Positions 50,451 to 59,561 of a stretch of DNA of 64,000 bases are shown here, piece by piece (positions within the stretch are counted from its first letter, which is position 1; every line of letters begins with the position of its first letter). Origin of the DNA: an uncultured Clostridia bacterium (GTDB lineage Bacteria > Bacillota > Clostridia > TANB77 > CAG-508); contig CAKOUO010000006.1 in assembly GCA_934120645.1 (NCBI GenBank), positions 3,637 through 67,636 of the forward strand. Direction: 5' to 3'. The notes beneath the pieces were generated by a model. It had not been told where the DNA came from. It saw only the letters and a list, made by a program, of their open reading frames with translations, and did no database searches. Made by a program: the position numbers and the translations under genes.

Positions 50451-51770
50451 ATGAAATGTAAAAACATTGATACTGAAAGCAAAAAACAGAAGAATAAAAT
50501 AAAAAATAAAAAGTTAAAAATGTTTATAGTAGCAATAATTATATTACTTACTTTATCAGGAATAGCAACAGTAGCATCAATACAATCAAAAAAAATGAAT
50601 CTTCTAAACATGGATAAAATAGGATTTTCGTATGAAGTAACAGAATATTCAAATGAAATATTTAAGATATTAATAAAAGTAACAGATAACATAAATGGCT
50701 TAAAGCAGATAGAAATTCCAGATGGTAATATCATATATTGCAATGATCAAAAAGAAGTAGGATTAGATTTTATTGCCGAATCTAAAAAAGATTATAAATT
50801 TAAAATAACATCATCAAATGGGGAAGAAGTAGAGAAAACAATAAATTTAAGTTTTAATAAACCAGAGATAGAAATTAATGAAATAGGATATGATTCAGTA
50901 AGAGTAAATGTCACAAATGTTGATACAAATATAAATGCAATTAAATATGACTATTACATAGATGGAAATATAAAAATAAAAGATTCTGAATCTGCAAGTG
51001 AGATATTAGATAACTTAGAAACAGATACTGAGTATAAAATTAAAGTGATATTAAAATTGTTTTCCACAAGTTTAGAATCAGATGAAGTAAGTATAAAAAC
51101 TAAAGCAATTATGATTGAAGATGCAGTAGATTATTGGCCAATGAAAGATAGCTTAGAGAATAATGCCAAAAATTCTACAGCAGGTTCATTGTTATTAAAA
51201 GGAAGTGACACACCTAATTTTGATAATAATGGTATATATCTAACTGGACAAGATTATATACAAACAGCAGATAATTATAAAATGCCAGATAATTTTACAA
51301 TAATGATACAAGTAAGAAAATTAGTACCAATTGGCAGAATAATAGGACTTTTAGGACAAGGAGATTTTAGTAATTATGAAATGCATTCAGGAAGATCTAA
51401 TACTTTCTACGGAATACAATGGGATAATTATTATCCAGCAATTCGTATAATAAATGCAGACTATAGTGAAAAATATGGTGGTACAACTGATGCAAAGATA
51501 AATGAATTAAAAGAAGATCAGTGGAGTACAATTGTCTTAGTTAAGAAAAATTATCAGAGTCAATTTTATATAAATGATGAATTATTATCAAAAGGAGAAG
51601 GAACATTTAGACAATTAAATGAACCATTATCAATAAGCAGACCAGTAAAATCAGAAGATGCTGGAGGTTGGACGACTAATACATATATGAATGGATACTA
51701 CAGAAACTTAATAGTATTTAATGGTATATTATCAAAAAATAATATAAAAACAATAATATCACAATTCTAA
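50451..51770 (+). CDS. membrane-anchored surface protein (P4): Ig-like module shared with P3, FN3-like region, C-terminal LamG/concanavalin-like domain
   Basis: N-terminal signal anchor with no pilin motif. Module IGFSYEVTEY...NGLKQIEIPDGNIIY...YKFKITSSNGEEVEKTINL is homologous to P3 aa ~136-213. The LamG-like tail call is tentative. Confidence 0.55.
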   Translation: MKCKNIDTESKKQKNKIKNKKLKMFIVAIIILLTLSGIATVASIQSKKMNLLNMDKIGFSYEVTEYSNEIFKILIKVTDNINGLKQIEIPDGNIIYCNDQKEVGLDFIAESKKDYKFKITSSNGEEVEKTINLSFNKPEIEINEIGYDSVRVNVTNVDTNINAIKYDYYIDGNIKIKDSESASEILDNLETDTEYKIKVILKLFSTSLESDEVSIKTKAIMIEDAVDYWPMKDSLENNAKNSTAGSLLLKGSDTPNFDNNGIYLTGQDYIQTADNYKMPDNFTIMIQVRKLVPIGRIIGLLGQGDFSNYEMHSGRSNTFYGIQWDNYYPAIRIINADYSEKYGGTTDAKINELKEDQWSTIVLVKKNYQSQFYINDELLSKGEGTFRQLNEPLSISRPVKSEDAGGWTTNTYMNGYYRNLIVFNGILSKNNIKTIISQF

Positions 51771-51780
51771 ATAAAAAATA

Positions 51781-51818
51781 AAAATGCTACTTTAAAATAT
51801 AAGTAGCATTTTTTTTAT
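51781..51818. terminator. bidirectional intrinsic terminator
   Basis: AAAATGCTACTT-loop-AAGTAGCATTTT with flanking A- and T-runs. Confidence 0.75.
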
Positions 51819-51823
51819 AATTA

Positions 51824-53185
51824 TTAGTTCATTTTATTTTTTAAACTAAAGAATTTTATTCCACATATAATAACTATAATTAAACTAAAACCAACAAAAG
51901 CAAAGATTGCAGTTGTTCCAGCTTTAGGTAACTCTGCTGGCTTTGGTTCTACAAGTTTTACTTTAGGAGTTACATCAGAAGTTTTTGAATTAGTTGCTCC
52001 TTCAAAATCTGTATAACTTAAATCTAGTTTTTGATTAGTATTTAAAACTTTATCAACAATATTTGAAGAAAAGTTTTCTTTTAATTTTAATTTGTATTGA
52101 ACAGTAGCAGTTTCACCAGATTTTAATTCAGGTATTGTCCATACAATACTATTTGTTTTAGTATCAATTTTATCAGAAATTTCTCCTATATTAGGTTTTT
52201 TTACATAAGTAAAATCAAAATTATCAACTATTTCTTTAGGAAAAGAATCTGTTATCTTAAGAGATTTAAATGATTTAGAAATTGGCATTAAATCATTATA
52301 AATATTTTTTGTAATAGTTGTTTCAATATTATCATCTTTTATATAATAAAACTTTCCAACAGTAGGAGCTGAAGTAGTTCCAAAAATTCCAGAGATAATT
52401 TCATTATAAGTTTTTTTAGAAGGTAATGCTGTTTTATCACCTTCAGTAATTCCTGTAAGCATTACATAAACATTATCAACAGTTCCAGATAAAGATTGTA
52501 ATTTAGCTTTAGTTTTTGAAATTACATCATCAGAATAATAACTTTTATCATAATCAACAGCAACATTTGGAACACCATCAGATAAAACAATCATATATTT
52601 ATGATTACTATCAGTATCTTTTGTATAATATTGTTTTGCTAAAGTAATACCAGCATCTAAATTAGTTCTAGGACCAGTATATTCTATATTAGAAATAGCT
52701 GATATTAAAGCTTTAGAATCATTTGTTAAATTAGATATTAATTTAGCATCTTCTATAGTTCCTTCTTTTGCAACATCAACATTAGTTGAAAAACTAACAA
52801 CACCTATTTTTAAATTAGTGTTATCTTTTAAAAGATTTTGAATTAAAGTTTTAGCAGAATTTATAACTAAATCTTCTCTTGTAGAATCTTCTGTAACTTT
52901 ATCAAGCATACTTTTTGAGTTATCAATTACTAACATTACTTCACCAGTAGGTTTTAAAGCAGTTTCATTATTAGTAACTTGTAATTGAAGTGTAAGTTCT
53001 TTATTATTTAAATCTTTAGAAATAAGTTTTCTTGTAACAGTTGAATTATCACCAAATTTAATAGTACAAACTGGTTCTTCAACAACAGACATAGTAACAT
53101 TGCTATAAGAAGCACTTGAAATTGTTGTTACTAAAATAAGCAATAAAAATAATAAAGATAAAATTTTAATTTTTGATTTTTTCAT
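51824..53185 (-). CDS. sortase-anchored von Willebrand factor A (VWA) domain surface protein
   Basis: Signal peptide. MIDAS motif VIDNSKSM (DxSxS). C-terminal LPKAG followed by a hydrophobic helix and a KNK tail (LPXTG-like sorting signal). Confidence 0.75.
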   Translation of the reverse strand: MKKSKIKILSLLFLLLILVTTISSASYSNVTMSVVEEPVCTIKFGDNSTVTRKLISKDLNNKELTLQLQVTNNETALKPTGEVMLVIDNSKSMLDKVTEDSTREDLVINSAKTLIQNLLKDNTNLKIGVVSFSTNVDVAKEGTIEDAKLISNLTNDSKALISAISNIEYTGPRTNLDAGITLAKQYYTKDTDSNHKYMIVLSDGVPNVAVDYDKSYYSDDVISKTKAKLQSLSGTVDNVYVMLTGITEGDKTALPSKKTYNEIISGIFGTTSAPTVGKFYYIKDDNIETTITKNIYNDLMPISKSFKSLKITDSFPKEIVDNFDFTYVKKPNIGEISDKIDTKTNSIVWTIPELKSGETATVQYKLKLKENFSSNIVDKVLNTNQKLDLSYTDFEGATNSKTSDVTPKVKLVEPKPAELPKAGTTAIFAFVGFSLIIVIICGIKFFSLKNKMN

Positions 53186-53356
53186 TTGAACATTTCTCCT
53201 TTTATTAAATTATTAAACATATTGTATTACAAAAAAAGATAAAAAACAACAGTAAATATAGAAAAAAATAAAAAAATGTGCTATCATATAATAGCTATTT
53301 AGATTTTATTAATATAACCAATAAATAGTAAAAAATACAAAAATGAGGACGTAGAA

Positions 53357-55252
53357 ATGATAGAAAAGATAAATTCACCAGAGGATTTAAAAAAATTAAA
53401 TATAGATGAAAAAAATGAATTAGCTAAAGAAATAAGAAAATATATATTAGAAATAGTTTCAGAAAATGGAGGGCACTTAGCATCTAATCTAGGAGTAGTA
53501 GAACTTACAATTGCTTTACATAGTGTATTTAACATGCCAGAAGATAAAATTGTTTGGGATGTAGGACATCAAACTTATGTGCATAAAATTATAACAGGAA
53601 GAAGAAAAGAATTAGTAACACTAAGAAAATTAGATGGAATAGCAGGCTTTCCAAAATCAAATGAATCTGAATATGACAGTTTTAATACAGGACATAGTAG
53701 TACATCAATATCAGCAGCATTAGGAATGGCAAGAGCAAGAGATTTAAAAGAGGAAAAACATAATGTAATAGCTGTAATAGGAGATGGAGCATTAACAGGA
53801 GGAATGGCATTAGAAGCATTAAATGATGCAGGATTTAGTAAAACAAATATTACAGTAATATTAAATGATAATGAAATGAGTATTTCTAAAAATATAGGTG
53901 GACTAAATATGTTCTTAAGTAAATTAAGAACAAAAAAATTGTATACAAAATCAAATGTATCAATGAAAAAAATAATAAATGAAATACCTATTATAGGAAA
54001 ACCATTTGTAAAGGTAGTACAAAGAGTTAAAAGAAGTATTAAACAATTAATTATACCAAAAATGTTTTTTGAAGACATAGGATTTACATATCTTGGACCA
54101 GTAGATGGGCATAATATAGAACAATTACAAAATATAATGCAATTAAGCAAACAAGTTGAAGGACCAGTATTAATACATGTCTTAACTAAAAAAGGAAAAG
54201 GATATAAAATAGCAGAAGACAGTCCAGATAAATTTCATGCAACAGCACCATTTGATATAGAAACAGGAAAAACAAAAAAAGAAAAAAAAGCAGATTACTC
54301 AAAAATATTTGGAGAAAAATTAGTACAGCTTGCAAAAAACAATAAAAAAATAGTTGCAATAACAGCATCAATGAAAGATGGAACAGGACTTAGTAAATTC
54401 CAAAAAGAATTTCCAAATAGATTTTTTGATGTAGGAATAGCAGAACAACATAGTTTAACAATGGCAGCAGGAATGGCAAAAGAAGGAATGATACCAGTAG
54501 TTCCTATATACTCATCATTTTATCAAAGAGCATATGACCAAGTAATACATGATATAGCAATGCAAGACTTACCAGTAGTAATGTGTGTAGACAGAGCAGG
54601 AGTTGTAGGAGCAGACGGAGAAACACATCAAGGAACATTAGATATGGCATTCTTTAGAATAATACCAAACTTAACAATAATGGCACCAAAAGACTTTAAA
54701 GAATTAGAAGACATGTTAGAATTTGCAATCAATTTAAAAAAGCCAGTAGTAATTAGATACCCAAGAGGAGGAGAAGAAAACAACATAAAATTTGAAAAAC
54801 ATAGCAAAATAGAATTAGGAAAATCAGAAAAACTAAAAGAAGGAAAAGACATAAGTATAATAGCAATAGGAAAAAGAGTATCAAAAGCAATAGAAATAGC
54901 AAAAAGCTATAAAGACAAAGGAATAGACGCAGAAATAATAAATGCAAGATTTTTAAAACCACTAGATAAAGAAACAATAAAAAAATCAATAGAAAAAACA
55001 AAAAATATAATAACACTTGAAGATGGAACAGAAATAAACGGATTAGGAACAGCAATAGAAGAATTAATAGTAGAAGAAAATTTACAAAAAATAAAATTTA
55101 AAAAATATGCATGGCCAGACGAATTTATAAAACACGGAAGTGTAGAAGAACTAGAAAAAATTTACAAAGTATGTCCTTTTGGGGACGTTTCCCAAATGGA
55201 CAAAAATTTCATTTTTGAATCAAATATTGAAAAAGGAGATAATAATGGATAA
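53357..55252 (+). CDS. dxs: 1-deoxy-D-xylulose-5-phosphate synthase (C-terminus altered by a REP insertion)
   Basis: GGHLASNLGVVELTIALH, GDGALTGGMALEALN, IAEQH. The last 27 codons (from 55172) are encoded by REP-A copy 5 plus spacer. Confidence 0.9.
   Translation: MIEKINSPEDLKKLNIDEKNELAKEIRKYILEIVSENGGHLASNLGVVELTIALHSVFNMPEDKIVWDVGHQTYVHKIITGRRKELVTLRKLDGIAGFPKSNESEYDSFNTGHSSTSISAALGMARARDLKEEKHNVIAVIGDGALTGGMALEALNDAGFSKTNITVILNDNEMSISKNIGGLNMFLSKLRTKKLYTKSNVSMKKIINEIPIIGKPFVKVVQRVKRSIKQLIIPKMFFEDIGFTYLGPVDGHNIEQLQNIMQLSKQVEGPVLIHVLTKKGKGYKIAEDSPDKFHATAPFDIETGKTKKEKKADYSKIFGEKLVQLAKNNKKIVAITASMKDGTGLSKFQKEFPNRFFDVGIAEQHSLTMAAGMAKEGMIPVVPIYSSFYQRAYDQVIHDIAMQDLPVVMCVDRAGVVGADGETHQGTLDMAFFRIIPNLTIMAPKDFKELEDMLEFAINLKKPVVIRYPRGGEENNIKFEKHSKIELGKSEKLKEGKDISIIAIGKRVSKAIEIAKSYKDKGIDAEIINARFLKPLDKETIKKSIEKTKNIITLEDGTEINGLGTAIEELIVEENLQKIKFKKYAWPDEFIKHGSVEELEKIYKVCPFGDVSQMDKNFIFESNIEKGDNNG
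55172..55202 (+). repeat. REP-A copy 5 (inside the dxs reading frame)
   Basis: TGTCCTTTTGGGGACGTTTCCCAAATGGACA, identical to copy 7. Confidence 0.85.
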
Positions 55253-56048
55253 ACAAAAAGTTTTAAGCGAGTATAAAAAACAAGAAGATAAATTATTATT
55301 AGCACAAGTTTTAGATAAAATTGAATTTTCTAGACAGAGAGAAAAAATAGAATATACAGATTTTCTTGATATGTATCAAACAGCATTAGTAAAAACATTT
55401 TTAAGAAAAATAGAATATACAAATTATGTACTTTTTGGTGGATTTGAAGATGCAGAAAGAAAAATTTTAATAGTATATCCAGAAAAATATACTTTAGAAA
55501 TGATAGAAAAAAATTACAATAAAATAATAAATGTTATTAGAATAATATTATCAGATGAAGAAAAAGGAAAGTATACACATAGAAATTATTTAGGTGGAAT
55601 AATAAAGCTAGGAATGAAAAGGGAAAAAGTAGGAGATATTATAGTTTCAGAGGATGGGGCAGATATTTTGGTAAAACAAGAATCTGCTGAAACATTAAAA
55701 CAAGAACTAGGAACTTTGACAAGATTTGAAAATTCTAAATTTGAGTTGATAGGGTTAGAAGATTTGAGAAAACAAGAAATTAAGGTGGAAGAAGTTAGTA
55801 TTATAGTACCATCATTAAGACTAGATAATTTTGTTTCAGATTTAGCAAAAACATCTAGAAGTAAAGCTGTTCAAATTATAGATAGTGAAAGAGTTTTTAT
55901 TAATGGACAGAATGAAACTAAAGCTTCGAAACAAATAAAACTAGGTGATGTTCTTACTATACGAGGAAAAGGAAGATTTGTAGTTAAAGAGTTTAAAGGA
56001 ACTACAAGAAGTGGAAGAACAGTTGTTGTTATTGAAAAATATGTATAG
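55245..56048 (+). CDS. YlmH-like RNA-binding S4 domain protein
   Basis: C-terminal S4 domain LRLDNFVSDLAKTSRSKAVQIIDSERVFINGQ. Start set at ATG 55245 (SD AAAAGGAG). The track start at 55179 lies inside the REP copy. Confidence 0.7.
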   Translation: MDKQKVLSEYKKQEDKLLLAQVLDKIEFSRQREKIEYTDFLDMYQTALVKTFLRKIEYTNYVLFGGFEDAERKILIVYPEKYTLEMIEKNYNKIINVIRIILSDEEKGKYTHRNYLGGIIKLGMKREKVGDIIVSEDGADILVKQESAETLKQELGTLTRFENSKFELIGLEDLRKQEIKVEEVSIIVPSLRLDNFVSDLAKTSRSKAVQIIDSERVFINGQNETKASKQIKLGDVLTIRGKGRFVVKEFKGTTRSGRTVVVIEKYV

Positions 56049-56059
56049 AGAATAATGTA

Positions 56060-56101
56060 AAAAGTATATTAACAGCTATAAAGCAGTTAATATACTTTTT
56101 T
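56060..56101. terminator. bidirectional intrinsic terminator
   Basis: AAAAGTATATTAAC-loop-GTTAATATACTTTT. Confidence 0.75.
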
Positions 56102-56309
56102 AATTGTTTTGTTCATTATCATCTAATTTTACATTCTTGTATTTATTTAAATCAATATTATCTAAAGCATATTGAACACAGCTAACTAAAACATTATTAA
56201 AACTCATATTTTCTTCTTTAGCAATTTTCTTTAAAGTATCATTAATATTTTCTGGTAAACGTATAGAAAGTTTTACATTACTTTTTTTATATTTTGATAT
56301 TTCAAACAT
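56100..56309 (-). CDS. ribbon-helix-helix (CopG/Arc-like) DNA-binding protein
   Basis: 69 aa. KLSIRLPENINDTLKKIAKEENMSFNNVLVSCVQYAL fits a beta-strand/helix/helix pattern. Divergent from P3. Confidence 0.5.
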   Translation of the reverse strand: MFEISKYKKSNVKLSIRLPENINDTLKKIAKEENMSFNNVLVSCVQYALDNIDLNKYKNVKLDDNEQNN

Positions 56310-56374
56310 TTAATCTACCTCCTAATGAAAATATTATTACATAAAACAAATTGTAAAAATACCATACAAAAGTA

Positions 56375-56403
56375 TTGTAAAAAATAATAGCCAATGATAT
56401 AAT
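56375..56403 (+). promoter_or_regulatory. sigma-A promoter of P3
   Basis: TTGTAA (56375-56380), 17-nt spacer, TGaTATAAT (56398-56403 with extended -10). Confidence 0.5.
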
Positions 56404-56437
56404 TTTTTTATAAAAAACTAAGGAGGAAAAGATAAAA

Positions 56438-58366
56438 ATGTACGTTAAAAGTAGTAATAAGAATGGAATTACTTTAATAGCTTTGGTTATAACGATTATA
56501 ATATTGTTAATTTTGGCGGGAATAACAATAGCAACATTAGGAGGAGAAAATGGATTATTAGCCAAAGTAAAAAAAGCAAAAGAAGCAGAAATAAAAGCAG
56601 AAATGAGAGAAGAATTAACATTAGCATTGCATGATTTGCAAATAGAAAAAAGAGCAGAAGCAACATTAGATGATGTAACACAAGATTGGATAAATGAGCA
56701 AATAAAGAAATATGAATGCACAGTAAAAGATGATGCATCACTAAGTGGAAAACAAGTAATAATGAAAAAAGACAAAATTATAGGAAAGTTTTTAATAGAT
56801 GGAAACTTAAATATAGTCGAAGAAGAATATAATGAAAGTAGTATAGAATTCTCATATGAAACAAGAGAAAGAGAAGGCAATAAAATAAATATAGCAATAA
56901 TAATAAAAGATGAAATAAATGGAATAAAAGAAGTACAAATGCCAGATGGAACAATATATCCATATAACAAAAAGGAACAAGTAGGAATAGATTATTTAGT
57001 AGAATTAGGAGTAGAATACAAAGTTAAGATAACATCAGAAAGTGGAGAAATAGTAGAAAAGACAATAAAAATAGATGACTATTATTATAAAATAACAAAG
57101 AACTTAGGAGATGGAATTAAGATAGACAATACAGCAATAAAATTAGCATGGAATAAACCATATCAAGCAACAATAACAGCAGAAGGAGATTATATAATAG
57201 ATACAATAGCAGTAACAATGGGAGGACAAGCAGTAACAGTAGATAAAACAACAGGAGTAATAAATATAGATAAAGTAACAGATGATATAGAAATAACAGC
57301 AACAGCAAAGAAATTAGAAATAAAATATACAGTAATAGCAGTAAATACACTTCCAAGTGATACTACATCATTGGAAGCAAATACACAACCAAAAGGAAGA
57401 ACATTATATATAAATATAATAGCAAACTTGGAAGGAACAAAGTGTAATGTAATTAATAAAGATGATAAGAAATCAGTACCATATGCAATAACGAAAAACG
57501 GAAAATATATATTTATAGTTACGGGAACATATAATGGAAAAACAATAACAGAAGAAAAAGAAGTGCTAGTCAATCAATATCAATCAGCACCAGATTTAGT
57601 AAAATATGATGCTGGGGAATGGACTAAAGAAGAGATAGAAGAATTACAAAATAAAAAATTATACGATATAAATATAAGCAAAACAGTAAATGATAAATAT
57701 AAACTAAAAGATAATACAGGATTAAATTTTACATTCGGAGGATTTACATACAAAGGTGATATAACAAATCAAACATTAGTAGATTCAGGAAAAATAATAA
57801 CAAGTAGAAATCAAAGTGTGAGTCCACAAGATGGATATGGAACACCCAAATATAATGGGTGGCAGATATTAGAAAAGCAAGAAAAAAATGGAAAAATATA
57901 TGTAGAAAAATTAATACATGCGGGGATATCAGAAAATTATGTGCATTATCACATAGAAAAGTATGATGGATATAGATCAGAGTATTTATTAACAAATAGA
58001 GCGAGAAGTACAGAATATAGCACATTAAGTGATGGAACAGTAATAAATTCAAGAAATTGGGATATGTATAAGGATAAAAATCAAATTAGTTTAATAAAAG
58101 ATGTTCATTGCATTACAGGTGAGGAAGCTTATAAATTATGTGAAGAAAACAATAAAATTAGATTAAACGGAGTATATTATTGGACAGGAAATACTTGGGG
58201 AAGTGGTTATTATAACGATTTGATATTTATAGATATTTGGGGTAGATACCAAGGAACTAGTGGTTTTTGTTGGGGTATTCGTCCAGTGGTAACAATGAAT
58301 GAAGGAGTATACATAGCAAGTGGAGATGGAACAGAGGAAAATCCGTATATATTAGCAAAAGAATAA
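56438..58366 (+). CDS. large surface protein with prepilin-type N-terminus lacking Glu5 (paralog P3)
   Basis: MYVKSSNKNG|ITLIALVITIIILLILAGI. Coiled-coil region and Ig-like modules. C-terminal YYWTGN...FCWGIRPVVTM motif as in P1. Confidence 0.65.
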   Translation: MYVKSSNKNGITLIALVITIIILLILAGITIATLGGENGLLAKVKKAKEAEIKAEMREELTLALHDLQIEKRAEATLDDVTQDWINEQIKKYECTVKDDASLSGKQVIMKKDKIIGKFLIDGNLNIVEEEYNESSIEFSYETREREGNKINIAIIIKDEINGIKEVQMPDGTIYPYNKKEQVGIDYLVELGVEYKVKITSESGEIVEKTIKIDDYYYKITKNLGDGIKIDNTAIKLAWNKPYQATITAEGDYIIDTIAVTMGGQAVTVDKTTGVINIDKVTDDIEITATAKKLEIKYTVIAVNTLPSDTTSLEANTQPKGRTLYINIIANLEGTKCNVINKDDKKSVPYAITKNGKYIFIVTGTYNGKTITEEKEVLVNQYQSAPDLVKYDAGEWTKEEIEELQNKKLYDINISKTVNDKYKLKDNTGLNFTFGGFTYKGDITNQTLVDSGKIITSRNQSVSPQDGYGTPKYNGWQILEKQEKNGKIYVEKLIHAGISENYVHYHIEKYDGYRSEYLLTNRARSTEYSTLSDGTVINSRNWDMYKDKNQISLIKDVHCITGEEAYKLCEENNKIRLNGVYYWTGNTWGSGYYNDLIFIDIWGRYQGTSGFCWGIRPVVTMNEGVYIASGDGTEENPYILAKE

Positions 58367-58382
58367 CAAGATAAAATAAAAA

Positions 58383-58413
58383 TGTCCTTTTGGGAAGCGT
58401 CCCCAAAAGGACA
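58383..58413 (-). repeat. REP-A copy 6
   Basis: TGTCCTTTTGGGAAGCGTCCCCAAAAGGACA (minus orientation). Lies 2 nt downstream of the minus-strand rimI stop. Confidence 0.85.
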
Positions 58414-58415
58414 TT

Positions 58416-58853
58416 TTATATTTTTTTACTCATTATAATAGCATTACTATTACCATAATAATTTTTTCTAACACCTAATTTTACAAAATCAAACTTATTA
58501 TATAAATTAATAGCAGAAATATTATTCTCATTAACTTCTAATGTAATGCTTTTTAAATTTAGAGATTTTGATAAAGAAATTAAATTTTCTAAAAGAACAG
58601 AGCCAATACCGTTTTTTCTAAAATTTTTTTTAACAACAATATTCATAATATCAGCTTCATCAATAATAATCTTAAAACCAGCAAAACCAACAATTTCATT
58701 ATTAGAATTTTTGGCAACTAAAAAATATGAAGAAGCACATTCCAATTCTTCTTTTAAAATATTATAATTCCAAAAGTCATCAAAATTAGAAAGTAAAATA
58801 TCTTTAATACTATTTAAATCATCCAAAGACATCTCATTAACTTTTAAATCCAT
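58416..58853 (-). CDS. rimI: ribosomal-protein-alanine N-acetyltransferase
   Basis: GNAT motif VKKNFRKNGIGSVLL. tsaE-tsaB-rimI context. ATG 58853 is preferred (GGTGA SD). The track's GTG is at 58865. Confidence 0.85.
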   Translation of the reverse strand: MDLKVNEMSLDDLNSIKDILLSNFDDFWNYNILKEELECASSYFLVAKNSNNEIVGFAGFKIIIDEADIMNIVVKKNFRKNGIGSVLLENLISLSKSLNLKSITLEVNENNISAINLYNKFDFVKLGVRKNYYGNSNAIIMSKKI

Positions 58854-58869
58854 TATAATCACCAATTAT

Positions 58870-59535
58870 TTAACAATTTTTATTTTTTAATTTTTCTTCT
58901 AATTGCCTTTCAGCCTGAGGCTTTTTTAAGTACATAGGCAATACATCTTCACCAATATTATTGTTAGCAATAAATTTCTTTAAACCAGCAATTCCTAAAT
59001 TCTTTATATCTAATTTATTAATAGAAGAGGCGTTTTTTATACCATCACCAACAAAATTGATAAAGCTATTAGAATATTTAGTATTTAATAAATTTAGAAC
59101 ATCATCATTAGATTTTGCATCAGGTTTTTCTAAAATATTATAATTGCCAGATATACATTCATATAAGGCAAAATAACAATTATCATTTTTACAATCAATA
59201 GTACTACAAATTAAACCATCATTTTCAATATTATAAGCCAAAACTTCTAAGCTACTTATTCCAACACAGGGAATATTCAAGCTGTCTGAAAAAGCTTTCA
59301 CAGTAGAAACTCCAATTCTTATACCTGTAAAAGAACCAGGGCCGATATCTGAAACAAGTAGATCAATGTCAGTTAAAGATAAATTACTTTCAATTAGAAG
59401 CTTTTTTATTAAAGGCATTAATGTTTCAGAATGAGTTAAACCATTATCTAATTCTAGTTTATTTATTAAATTAAAATCTTCTAAAATTGCAACACTACAT
59501 AATTTACTTGAAGTATCTATACATAAAATTTTCAA
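58870..59535 (-). CDS. tsaB: tRNA threonylcarbamoyladenosine biosynthesis protein TsaB
   Basis: MKILCIDTSSKLCSVAIL, GPGSFTGIRIGV. Confidence 0.9.
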   Translation of the reverse strand: MKILCIDTSSKLCSVAILEDFNLINKLELDNGLTHSETLMPLIKKLLIESNLSLTDIDLLVSDIGPGSFTGIRIGVSTVKAFSDSLNIPCVGISSLEVLAYNIENDGLICSTIDCKNDNCYFALYECISGNYNILEKPDAKSNDDVLNLLNTKYSNSFINFVGDGIKNASSINKLDIKNLGIAGLKKFIANNNIGEDVLPMYLKKPQAERQLEEKLKNKNC

Positions 59536-59561
59536 AATAATTCTCCTTTCAAATAGTAAAA

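Noticed and set aside
50378-50743. Minus-strand ORF resembling another minus-strand ORF at 56302..56970 (possible conserved antisense gene pair)
   Set aside because: The similarity is explained by the sense-strand homology of the shared Ig-like module of P4 and P3. Both ORFs overlap promoters and 5' ends of strongly supported + strand genes and lack an SD.
50451-51770. P4 as a fourth pilin-like family member
   Set aside because: Its N-terminus (MKCKNIDTESKKQKNKIKNKKLKMFIVAIIILLTLSGIATVAS) lacks the G|ITLI(A/S)L motif. It is related to P3 only through an internal module.
56100-56309. RHH protein as the antitoxin of a toxin-antitoxin module
   Set aside because: No co-oriented toxin-sized ORF lies adjacent to it. 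It is bounded by a terminator on one side and by the divergent P3 promoter on the other.
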